NCBI GenBank assembly: GCA_945865855.1
Contig: CAMBES010000001.1
Span: 1 to 31,714 of the forward strand
DNA length: 31,714 nucleotides
Source of the DNA: Rhizobium sp. Q54
Lineage (GTDB): Bacteria; Pseudomonadota; Alphaproteobacteria; Rickettsiales; UBA1997
Direction: 5' to 3'
In this document: piece after piece, positions 24,323-31,714 of the stretch
Layout: every line of letters begins with the position of its first letter
How positions within the stretch are numbered: the stretch's first letter is position 1
Translations under genes and position numbers: made by a program
The notes under the pieces: generated by a model
The model's input: the letters and a program-made list of their open reading frames with translations, nothing else
Database searches by the model: none
Told to the model about the DNA's origin: nothing

Positions 24323-26218
24323 ATGTCAAAACTAGATCTTGCGAACTGCCTTCGCTTTTTGTCAATTGATGCTGTCGAACGCGCGAATTCTGGACACCCA
24401 GGAATGCCAATGGGAATGGCTGATGTTGCTACAATTCTTTTCACTGAGTTTCTTAAATTCGACGCGAAAAATCCAAAATGGTTAAATCGCGATCGTTTTG
24501 TTCTCTCTGCTGGGCACGGCTCAATGCTACTTTATTCACTACTTCATTTGACTGGTTACGAAGACGTAACGATCGAAGATTTAAGAAATTTCCGCCAACT
24601 TGGCGCTAAATGCGCAGGCCATCCCGAGCACGGACATCTCGCCGGAATTGAAACCACAACTGGTCCACTTGGCCAAGGAATTGCCACTGCTGTTGGCTTC
24701 GCAATCGCCGAAAGAATGGCTGAGGCAGACCACAAAACTTACGCCCTCGTTGGCGATGGATGTTTAATGGAGGGCATTTCGCAAGAAGCAATTTCGCTCG
24801 CCGGACACTTGAATCTAAGCAAGCTCGTCGTTCTTTGGGATAATAATTCAATTTCAATCGACGGAAAAACTTCGCTCACAACTTCTGAAAATATGAAGAT
24901 GCGTTTTGAATCTTGTGGCTTTGACGTAATCCAAATTGACGGCCACAATTTCGACGAAATACGCACCGCTTTACAAAAAGCTCAAAGCGCCACGCGCCCT
25001 ACTCTTATCGATTGCAAAACTACGATTGGTTTTGGCTCGCCCGCAAAAGCTGGAACAGAAAAATGTCACGGCTCACCACTTGGTGCCGAAGAAGTTAAGA
25101 AGACGAGAGAAGCTCTTGGTTGGAATTACGAACCGTTTTTCATTCCAGAAAATTTACGCAACGAATGGCTAAAAGCCGGCACCCGCACCAAATCCTCCAA
25201 CTCAATTCCGCCGGTTGAGCGCAGTCGAAACCAAGGAACCTTCGACTCACTTCCGCCGGTTGAGCGCAGTCGAAACCAAGCCACCCGTAAATCCTCCCAA
25301 CAAGTTCTTGAATTTTTGACCGGAAACCTACCAAACCTAGTCGGCGGATCCGCAGATTTAACCGGCTCTGTTCTCACCAAAACCTCGCACACAAAACCAA
25401 TTAACAAAGACGATTTTTCTGGTCGCTACATTCACTACGGCGTACGCGAACACGCAATGGGCGCAGTAATGAACGGCATTGCGCTTCACAGCGATTTCAT
25501 TCCTTACGGTGGAACATTTCTAGTTTTTGCTGACTACATGAAACCAGCAATTCGCCTCGCCGCACTAATGCAGCAGCAGCTGATTTACATTTTCACTCAC
25601 GATTCAATCGGTCTTGGAGAAGACGGCCCAACGCACCAAGCAATCGAACATTTAGCAATGTTGCGTGGAATTCCTAATCTCAATGTTTTGCGCCCGGCAG
25701 ATTCTGAAGAAACTTGGCAATGTTTTGAAATGGCTCTCGCGGCAAAAAAAACTCCCTCAGCAATGATTTTAACAAGACAAGATTTGCCATTTTTAGTAAA
25801 AGAAAAAAGCCACGAGGGTAAAAGTCTAGCCAACCGCGGCGGATACGCGCTTAACAATGTTTTAAATCCCGAAGTTGTAATCATTGCAACTGGCTCAGAA
25901 GTTTCGATTGCGGTTGAGGCAAAAGAAAAATTGCAAGCAAAAGGAATCAATGCCCGCGTGGTTTCAATGCCGTGTTTTGAAATTTTCGAAGAGCAAGACG
26001 AAGCTTACAAAAATGAAGTTTTGGGCGCAAAAAATATTTTACGCGTCGGTGTTGAAGCTGCAATTTCACAGGGCTGGGAAAAATATCTCGGCTTCGACGG
26101 AATTTTTGTTGGAATGAAATCTTTCGGCGCTTCCGGAAAAGCAGAAGATTTGTACAAGCATTTTGGAATTACTTCTGACGCAATTTGTGAACAAGTCGTA
26201 AAAAAATTGCGCGGCTAA
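24323..26218 (+). CDS. tkt: Transketolase (housekeeping, single chain)
   Basis: SGHPG, RDRFVLSAGH, TTGPLGQG, GDGCLMEG, YGVREHAM, THDSIGLGEDGPTHQ. Start moved to ATG 24323 because the track extension runs through the tandem repeats. Confidence 0.96.
   Translation: MSKLDLANCLRFLSIDAVERANSGHPGMPMGMADVATILFTEFLKFDAKNPKWLNRDRFVLSAGHGSMLLYSLLHLTGYEDVTIEDLRNFRQLGAKCAGHPEHGHLAGIETTTGPLGQGIATAVGFAIAERMAEADHKTYALVGDGCLMEGISQEAISLAGHLNLSKLVVLWDNNSISIDGKTSLTTSENMKMRFESCGFDVIQIDGHNFDEIRTALQKAQSATRPTLIDCKTTIGFGSPAKAGTEKCHGSPLGAEEVKKTREALGWNYEPFFIPENLRNEWLKAGTRTKSSNSIPPVERSRNQGTFDSLPPVERSRNQATRKSSQQVLEFLTGNLPNLVGGSADLTGSVLTKTSHTKPINKDDFSGRYIHYGVREHAMGAVMNGIALHSDFIPYGGTFLVFADYMKPAIRLAALMQQQLIYIFTHDSIGLGEDGPTHQAIEHLAMLRGIPNLNVLRPADSEETWQCFEMALAAKKTPSAMILTRQDLPFLVKEKSHEGKSLANRGGYALNNVLNPEVVIIATGSEVSIAVEAKEKLQAKGINARVVSMPCFEIFEEQDEAYKNEVLGAKNILRVGVEAAISQGWEKYLGFDGIFVGMKSFGASGKAEDLYKHFGITSDAICEQVVKKLRG
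25201..25280 (+). repeat. Two direct REP-like hairpin units in frame within tkt
   Basis: TTCCGCCGGTTGAGCGCAGTCGAAACCAAG occurs at 25206-25235 and 25251-25280 (30/30, period 45). Encodes PPVERSRNQ twice. Confidence 0.88.
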
Positions 26219-26223
26219 AACTG

Positions 26224-26247
26224 AATTATCCACTTAAGTGGACAATT
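26224..26247. promoter_or_regulatory. Near-perfect 24-bp palindrome, possible operator
   Basis: AATTA-TCCACTTAAGTGGA-CAATT, with a perfect 14-bp core at 26229-26242, between tkt and the MBL-fold gene. Confidence 0.4.
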
Positions 26248-26313
26248 TGAAAAAAAACCCATTTTAACCAGCAAAATCAAGCCCTTAGACCCAATTCAAA
26301 AAAGAGCGAAAAA

Positions 26314-27342
26314 ATGAAAAAAACTTTGGGTATTTTTTTTCTACTCCTCGCAACTTCTTGTCGCGGCACTTACTATTCTGGTCCAAAATCTGACCATTTT
26401 GACGGCAAGAAATTCATCTCTGAAGACAAAACAAAATTGCGCGAAAACTTACGCTTCGCCTTTACCAACAAGGATTCTTGGGATGCTCCGGAAGAAAAGG
26501 TGAGTTTTGTCAAACCAAACGAGCTCAAAAAAATTAAAAACGCGCGCATTATTTTTGTCGGTCACTCAACTTTTCTAATTCAAATTCCTGGCGCGAATAT
26601 TTTGACCGACCCAATCTGGTCTGAGCGCGCCGGCCCTATTGCCTTACCATTTTTTAGTCCAAAGCGCCACAATCCTCCGGCAATTAATTTTGACGATTTA
26701 CCAAAAATCGATTTTGTTCTTATTGGCCACAGCTCTTACTACCACATGGATTTGCCAACGATTCGAAAATTGCAGAAAAAATTCGCGCCGAAATTCATTA
26801 CTGGGCTTGGCAATTGTCACGTTTTGAATGAGATCGAGAAACTAGGAATTTCCTGCTTCGAGCTCGATTGGGATCAGGAAATAAAATTAGCAAATGGCGC
26901 AGCCAAGGGAACGGAATTAATTTTCCTTCACGCTAAAAATTGGTCGAAGCGCTCTTGGTTCGACACTAACAAAACTCTCTGGGGATCTTTCTTGATCAAA
27001 ACTTCGAAAATCAAAATCTACTTCGCTGGCGACACGGGCTATTCGCGACACTTTAGCGAGATTGGTAAAAAATACGGCAAGCCCGACTTAGCGCTACTTC
27101 CGATCGGATCCTACGAGCCGCGTTGGTACTTACAAGATCACCACATGAACCCTGAAGACGCAGTGGTGGCGCATCGCGAGCTTGGCGCGAAGAAATCAAT
27201 CGGAATGCATTTCAATACTTTTAGAACTAGCGCTGAAGGATATTTAGACGCGGAAAGCGACTTAGAAACAGCCAAGCTTTCTTACCACTTAAAGAAAAAA
27301 GAATTCGTTACGCCAAAATTTGGCGAAATATTTGAGTGGTAG
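26314..27342 (+). CDS. MBL-fold metallo-hydrolase (RomA/NAPE-PLD-like), predicted lipoprotein, degenerate metal site
   Basis: GHSTFLI, ILTDPIWSER, YFAGDTGY, LPIGSYEPRW, HMNPEDA, GMHFNTF. N-terminal MKK..LLLATSC lipobox-like signal. Confidence 0.82.
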   Translation: MKKTLGIFFLLLATSCRGTYYSGPKSDHFDGKKFISEDKTKLRENLRFAFTNKDSWDAPEEKVSFVKPNELKKIKNARIIFVGHSTFLIQIPGANILTDPIWSERAGPIALPFFSPKRHNPPAINFDDLPKIDFVLIGHSSYYHMDLPTIRKLQKKFAPKFITGLGNCHVLNEIEKLGISCFELDWDQEIKLANGAAKGTELIFLHAKNWSKRSWFDTNKTLWGSFLIKTSKIKIYFAGDTGYSRHFSEIGKKYGKPDLALLPIGSYEPRWYLQDHHMNPEDAVVAHRELGAKKSIGMHFNTFRTSAEGYLDAESDLETAKLSYHLKKKEFVTPKFGEIFEW

Positions 27343-27350
27343 AGCCAATT

Positions 27351-28061
27351 TTATTCTTTTGTAAAAACTGCAACGTAATTAACCGAAACATTCGCACTCT
27401 CTTTCCACTCAGAGTTAATGATGTTGTACTCGAACCCGCGCAATTCTTTTAGTTTAAGACCAGCTTTTTCAGCGTAAGAATTAACTTCCGAAGGTTTTAA
27501 AAATTTCTTCCAATCGTGCGTGCCAATTGGCAGCCAACGCAACAAATATTCAACAGCGATTTTAGCCAGCGCGAGTGATTTTAAATTGCGATTAATTGTT
27601 GCGACAAAGACAAGCCCATCCTTATTTGTAAGGTTAGCAAGACTTTGAATAAAACCCTCAGGATTAGCAACGTGCTCAATAATTTCGAGCGCAAGAACTA
27701 CGTTAAATCCCTTGGCAAATTTTTTATTTAATTCTTCCGCCGTCGAAACTTGGTAATCGATTTTTAACCCAGATTTTTCGGCGTGAATTTTTGCAACTTG
27801 AATATTTCTTTCTGAAGCGTCAATTGCGGTAACATCAGCACCAGCAACGGCAAAAGGCTCAGCAACTAAACCTCCACCGCAGCCAACATCCAAAATTTTT
27901 ACGCCAGAAATTTTCGTGAATCTTTCCTCAATTTTTCTTTTTAGATGTAAAATGCGAATTGGGTTGAACTCGTGCAAAGGCTTGAATTTGCCAGACTTAT
28001 TCCACCACTCGTCAGCAATGCGTGAAAATTTTTCTACTTCTTTCGGGTCGATTGAGCTCAT
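27351..28061 (-). CDS. ubiG: Ubiquinone biosynthesis O-methyltransferase
   Basis: SIDPKEVEKF, WWNKSGKFKPLHEFNPIR, ILDVGCGGG, LEIIEHV, GTHDWKKFLKP. Start moved to ATG 28061. Confidence 0.95.
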   Translation of the reverse strand: MSSIDPKEVEKFSRIADEWWNKSGKFKPLHEFNPIRILHLKRKIEERFTKISGVKILDVGCGGGLVAEPFAVAGADVTAIDASERNIQVAKIHAEKSGLKIDYQVSTAEELNKKFAKGFNVVLALEIIEHVANPEGFIQSLANLTNKDGLVFVATINRNLKSLALAKIAVEYLLRWLPIGTHDWKKFLKPSEVNSYAEKAGLKLKELRGFEYNIINSEWKESANVSVNYVAVFTKE

Positions 28062-28215
28062 TTTAATTAATTTATAATTCAATAGAACTCGCCGCAAAAT
28101 ATAGCGCGGAGCTCTCAGAAAATATTTAAAAAAATTTCTAAAATATTCCTTTTGAATTCTTCTTGTTTTGTAGATTTAACTTCACTTCTTCTTAAAATTA
28201 TTTCCCCAATAAATT

Positions 28216-28243
28216 TTGACATTTGCTTAAGTATTTTTACTTT
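28216..28243 (+). promoter_or_regulatory. Putative sigma70 promoter for gcvPA-gcvPB
   Basis: TTGACA (28216-28221), a 16-nt spacer, then TACTTT (28238-28243), 46 nt upstream of the gcvPA ATG. Confidence 0.45.
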
Positions 28244-28289
28244 GCCCCCGCGTTTTTGCCGCCCTCATTTTTAAATCAAATAAAATCAA

Positions 28290-29564
28290 ATGCGCTACCT
28301 AGCCTTGACTGAAAAAGATCGTAAAGAAATGCTCGCTGCAATCGGCGCGACTTCTGTGGATCAACTTTACGATTCAGTTCCATCTGAATTTTTACTTAAA
28401 AAACCAATCGCAAACTTACCCAATCACCGAGGTGAATTAGAGGTAGAAAATATTTTAAATTCTTACGCGAATAAAAATCGCGCCGCTTCAGCTGGACCTT
28501 TTTTCTTAGGCGCTGGATGCTACAAACACCACATTCCCGCTTCTGTTGATCATTTGATTCAACGCTCGGAATTCTTAACTTCTTACACACCTTACCAGCC
28601 AGAAATTTCGCAAGGAACCCTCGCGGTAATCTTTCAATTTCAGAGCATTATTGCCCTGCTCACTGGAATGGAAATTTCTAACGCCTCAATGTATGACGGC
28701 GCAACAGCAATGGCCGAAAGCTGCTTAATGGCAATGCGCATCAAAGATCGTAAAAACATTGCGACTATTGGAAATATTCACCCCGATTATCTAGAAGTTA
28801 CTCGGACTTCCCTCAACCTGCATGACGCAAAATTAGTTTCGCAAATCGACGAAACTTGTGCGGCTGTAGTTGTGCAATATCCCGACTTTCACGGCGAAGT
28901 TGGAAATTTAGACGAGCTTAGAAAGCAATGTGATGCTTCTGGAGCTTTACTAATTGTTGTTACTAGCGAGATCCTTTCTCTCGGTTTACTTGAAGCTCCA
29001 AAACAAGCAGATATTTGTGTTGGTGAAGCCTCTTCAATTGGCGTTGGTCTAAATTTTGGTGGCCCACTTTTAGGATTTTTCTCCTGCAAAAAAGAATTTG
29101 TTCGTCAAATGCCCGGCAGAATTTGCGGCGCAACAACAGACGTTGATGGCAAGCCTGGATACGTGCTAACATTGAGCGCGCGCGAGCAACATATTCGCCG
29201 CGAAAAAGCGACTTCAAATATTTGTTCGAATCAAGGTTTGTGCGCAACGGCATTCACAATTCACACTTCATTACTTGGTGAAATTGGTTTCAAAAAACTC
29301 GCTTTAATCAATCACAAAAGAGCCTGCGACCTTGCAGACCGCCTTGCGACGGTTAAGGGCGTGAAGGTTCTGAATCAAAACTTTTTTAATGAATTCACGA
29401 TTGAACTGTCAAAAGACGCGACCGAAGTAAACAAAAAACTTCTTGCCAAAAACGTAATCGGCGGCTTTGCACAGGGAAATAAAATGATCCTTGCGGTTAG
29501 TGAATTAACTACTGCGCAAGACATTGAAACTTTGGCTAACGAGCTCGAAAAAATATTAAACTAA
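28290..29564 (+). CDS. gcvPA: Glycine dehydrogenase (decarboxylating) subunit 1
   Basis: FLGAGCY, FLTSYTPYQPEISQGTL, NASMYDGATA, REQHIRREKATSNICSNQ. Confidence 0.96.
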   Translation: MRYLALTEKDRKEMLAAIGATSVDQLYDSVPSEFLLKKPIANLPNHRGELEVENILNSYANKNRAASAGPFFLGAGCYKHHIPASVDHLIQRSEFLTSYTPYQPEISQGTLAVIFQFQSIIALLTGMEISNASMYDGATAMAESCLMAMRIKDRKNIATIGNIHPDYLEVTRTSLNLHDAKLVSQIDETCAAVVVQYPDFHGEVGNLDELRKQCDASGALLIVVTSEILSLGLLEAPKQADICVGEASSIGVGLNFGGPLLGFFSCKKEFVRQMPGRICGATTDVDGKPGYVLTLSAREQHIRREKATSNICSNQGLCATAFTIHTSLLGEIGFKKLALINHKRACDLADRLATVKGVKVLNQNFFNEFTIELSKDATEVNKKLLAKNVIGGFAQGNKMILAVSELTTAQDIETLANELEKILN

Positions 29565-29580
29565 ATCATTTCAATTGCAC

Positions 29581-29603
29581 TTCATCCTCGAGAAAGCGGG
29601 GAC
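29581..29603. repeat. Degenerate single REP arm between gcvPA and gcvPB
   Basis: TTCATCCTCGAGAAAGCGGGGAC matches the arm at 22923 at 19/23 positions. Confidence 0.6.
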
Positions 29604-29628
29604 GAAAAACTCTAAAAACAAAATAAAA

Positions 29629-31110
29629 ATGACCTTTACTCCAAAAGAAATCGGCGGACTAAATCACGAAACCGAGTTGCTCATTAAACAATCGCGCGAA
29701 GGAGCTTGTGGCGTGGATTTGCCAGAACTAGAAAAATTTGCGACTCGCACTGGACAAAAATCACGCGAGCAAATTGGCTTGGCACAAGTTAATGAGCCTG
29801 CGGTGATTCGCCACTTTGTGCGCTTGTCGAATCAAAATTATTCGATTGACGCTGGGTTTTATCCTCTTGGTTCTTGCACAATGAAGCACAATCCACGCTT
29901 GAATGAAAAGATGGCCCGCCTTCCTGGCCTTGCTGACATTCACCCGTTGCAAGATCAATCTACCGTTCAAGGCGCACTTGAATTAATGTTCAATTTGCAA
30001 AACTGGCTCGCGACTTTGACTGGACTTGATGCGGTTTCTCTTGCTCCGGCAGCTGGCGCTCAAGGTGAGTTCTCAGGAATTTTAGTAATCAAAAAAGCAC
30101 ACGAGAAAAAAGGTGAAGCGGCTACTCGTAAAATTATTTTAATTCCAGATTCAGCTCACGGAACAAATCCAGCAACTGCTTCAATGTGTGGATTTCAAAT
30201 CAAAGTTATTCCTTCAGACAAAGAGGGTTTAATTGACGTTGCAGCTTTAGAAAAATTGGTGGCAGAGCACGGTGAATCAATTGCCGGAACAATGATCACT
30301 AATCCAAATACTTGCGGAAAGTTCGAAAAAAATATTAAGCATATTGCGGATTTGATTCACTCAGTCGGCGGATATTTCTACTGCGACGGCGCCAATTACA
30401 ACGCGATAGTCGGCAAAGTTCGTCCTGCAGACATCGGCGTTGATGTAATGCATTTTAACTTACACAAGACTTTCTCCACTCCGCATGGTGGCGGTGGACC
30501 TGGCTCTGGACCAATCGCCGTGCGCGCTGAATTAGCAGAATTTTTGCCAACTCCCCATGTCGCCAAAGAAGGTGAAACTTACAAACTTTACGCGCCAAAA
30601 AATACTTGTGGCAAAGTAAAAGGCTTTAACGGGCAATTCGGAATGCACATTCGAGCCCTTACTTACATGCTTTCACATGGAGCTGACGGCTTACAAAAAG
30701 TTGCGGAAGATTCGGTGCTTTCTGCAAATTACATTCTAGCAAAATTGAAGGATCATTACCACGTTCCATTTGAAGGCCATTGCATGCATGAATGTTTGTT
30801 AACTGATAAAATTCAAAAAGCGCAAGGCATCTCAACGCTAGATGTTGCAAAGGCTTTGGTCGAATATGGGATTCATCCAATGACAATTTTCTTCCCTATC
30901 GTTGTGCAAGGCGCGATGCTAATTGAGCCAACTGAAACCGAAGGAAAAGAGACTATTGACCGATTCGTTGACACGATGATTTACATTGCAAAAGAAGTTG
31001 AGGAAGGCCGCGGAGACAGATTCCACAATTATCCTCTCAATACTCCGAGAAGAAGATTAGACGAAGTCAAAGCTGCTAAAACCCCGGTAACAACTTGGTC
31101 ACAAATTTGA
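29629..31110 (+). CDS. gcvPB: Glycine dehydrogenase (decarboxylating) subunit 2
   Basis: YPLGSCTMKHNP, DSAHGTNPA, DGANYNA, HFNLHKTFSTPHGGGGPGSGP (PLP Lys), MLIEPTETE. Start moved to ATG 29629 because the track extension reads through a REP remnant. Confidence 0.96.
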   Translation: MTFTPKEIGGLNHETELLIKQSREGACGVDLPELEKFATRTGQKSREQIGLAQVNEPAVIRHFVRLSNQNYSIDAGFYPLGSCTMKHNPRLNEKMARLPGLADIHPLQDQSTVQGALELMFNLQNWLATLTGLDAVSLAPAAGAQGEFSGILVIKKAHEKKGEAATRKIILIPDSAHGTNPATASMCGFQIKVIPSDKEGLIDVAALEKLVAEHGESIAGTMITNPNTCGKFEKNIKHIADLIHSVGGYFYCDGANYNAIVGKVRPADIGVDVMHFNLHKTFSTPHGGGGPGSGPIAVRAELAEFLPTPHVAKEGETYKLYAPKNTCGKVKGFNGQFGMHIRALTYMLSHGADGLQKVAEDSVLSANYILAKLKDHYHVPFEGHCMHECLLTDKIQKAQGISTLDVAKALVEYGIHPMTIFFPIVVQGAMLIEPTETEGKETIDRFVDTMIYIAKEVEEGRGDRFHNYPLNTPRRRLDEVKAAKTPVTTWSQI

Positions 31111-31714
31111 GAAACAAAGCTTTCTCTCTAGTTGAACTTTCGATCTCACTTGTAGTCATCGCTATATTAATGTCGATTGTGGCTGGGGGTGCAAATTTGA
31201 TAATGTCGGCAAAATTAAGCAGTGCTCGCTCGCTCACCGCAAGATCTCCGGTGCCCAAAATTGCAGGGCTAGTTGCATGGTACGAAACCTCGAGACTTGA
31301 GTCATTTAAAGCGAGCGAAGCAGTGGATGATGGGCAAATCAGCGCTTGGTATGATGTGGGGCCAGGATCAATTACTAAAAAATATAATACCCTAACTAGA
31401 ACCGCCTCCTCTGCAGTAATTTATCAACAGAGCGGCATTAACAGGCTTCCAAGTATTTCATTTAACGGCAGTGGAAGAATCTCAGTTTCTAGTTTTTACC
31501 AAGGAAAGAGCGCGCAAAATACAATATTTTTTGTTTCCTCTCCTTACTCTTTAAGTAACACGCCAGCTCCTATAGATTCAGGAAATAGCTTTACCGCAAC
31601 TCCGATTTCATATCTTAGTAACGGCATTCGCCTTTACGCTGGAAATAATGCCGACTTCACAACATCAGGCTGTTGCTCAACTAATAGTAATTACATTATA
31701 GCGGCCTACTTCAA
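31107..31714 (+). CDS. Prepilin-type N-terminal cleavage/methylation protein with a probable beta-rich (LamG/ConA-like) domain; runs off the window end
   Basis: Not in the ORF track. TTG at 31107 overlaps the gcvPB stop. Hand translation: MRNKAFSLVELSISLVVIAILMSIVAGG...LVAWYETS...ISAWYDV...GINRLPSISFNG, open to the window end. KA|FSLVE is a class III signal. Confidence 0.85.
   Translation, partial: MRNKAFSLVELSISLVVIAILMSIVAGGANLIMSAKLSSARSLTARSPVPKIAGLVAWYETSRLESFKASEAVDDGQISAWYDVGPGSITKKYNTLTRTASSAVIYQQSGINRLPSISFNGSGRISVSSFYQGKSAQNTIFFVSSPYSLSNTPAPIDSGNSFTATPISYLSNGIRLYAGNNADFTTSGCCSTNSNYIIAAYF

Noticed and set aside
28098-28289. Glycine riboswitch upstream of gcvPA
   Set aside because: Only a short GGAGCTCTCAG resemblance; the region is AT-rich and lacks the paired aptamer architecture.
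1246-31258. The many 60-125 aa track ORFs nested in or antisense to long genes (e.g. 9079-9456, 15030-15377, 17113-17484, 25597-25950, 31076-31258)
   Set aside because: They are shadow frames of well-supported genes, with no recognisable motifs or independent signals.
1-31714. IS elements, prophage, tRNA/rRNA, frameshifted pseudogenes
   Set aside because: No transposase, integrase or phage ORFs, no structural RNA patterns, and all major ORFs are intact.

Overview
Bacterial DNA, AT-rich, probably alphaproteobacterial. That assignment is inferred only from gene style (split gcvPA/gcvPB, ubiG, pssA, prepilin-like ORF, RPE4/REP-like palindromes). Positions 1-22420 are a surface-polysaccharide (LPS/capsule) cluster, almost all on the minus strand. 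It contains a GDP-heptose pathway (gmhA, hddA, hddC-gmhB fusion, dmhA/wcbK-like dehydratase), a CDP-glucose pathway (rfbF, rfbG, a His-type 3-dehydratase) and an aminotransferase-GNAT fusion. It also has two orphan ThDP enzymes (fused E1 alpha/beta and a split transketolase), six GT or GT-like genes (one lying antisense), a nucleotidyltransferase-kinase fusion with a HAD partner, an ABC ATPase and the start of an MBOAT gene. Positions 23036-31714 are mostly housekeeping: aroQ, pssA, tkt, an MBL-fold lipoprotein, ubiG, gcvPA, gcvPB and a truncated prepilin-type gene. Most striking observations: (1) a 536-bp REP-doublet array whose spacers are copies of a 59-bp internal piece of the neighbouring aroQ gene; (2) palindrome-derived in-frame peptides inside tkt, rfbG and hddC; (3) a sugar pathway with no 4-ketoreductase in the window but two C-C-forming ThDP enzymes, suggesting branched or otherwise unusual sugars. 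No tRNA, rRNA, CRISPR array or transposase was seen. All functional calls come from motif recognition by eye, with no database search.
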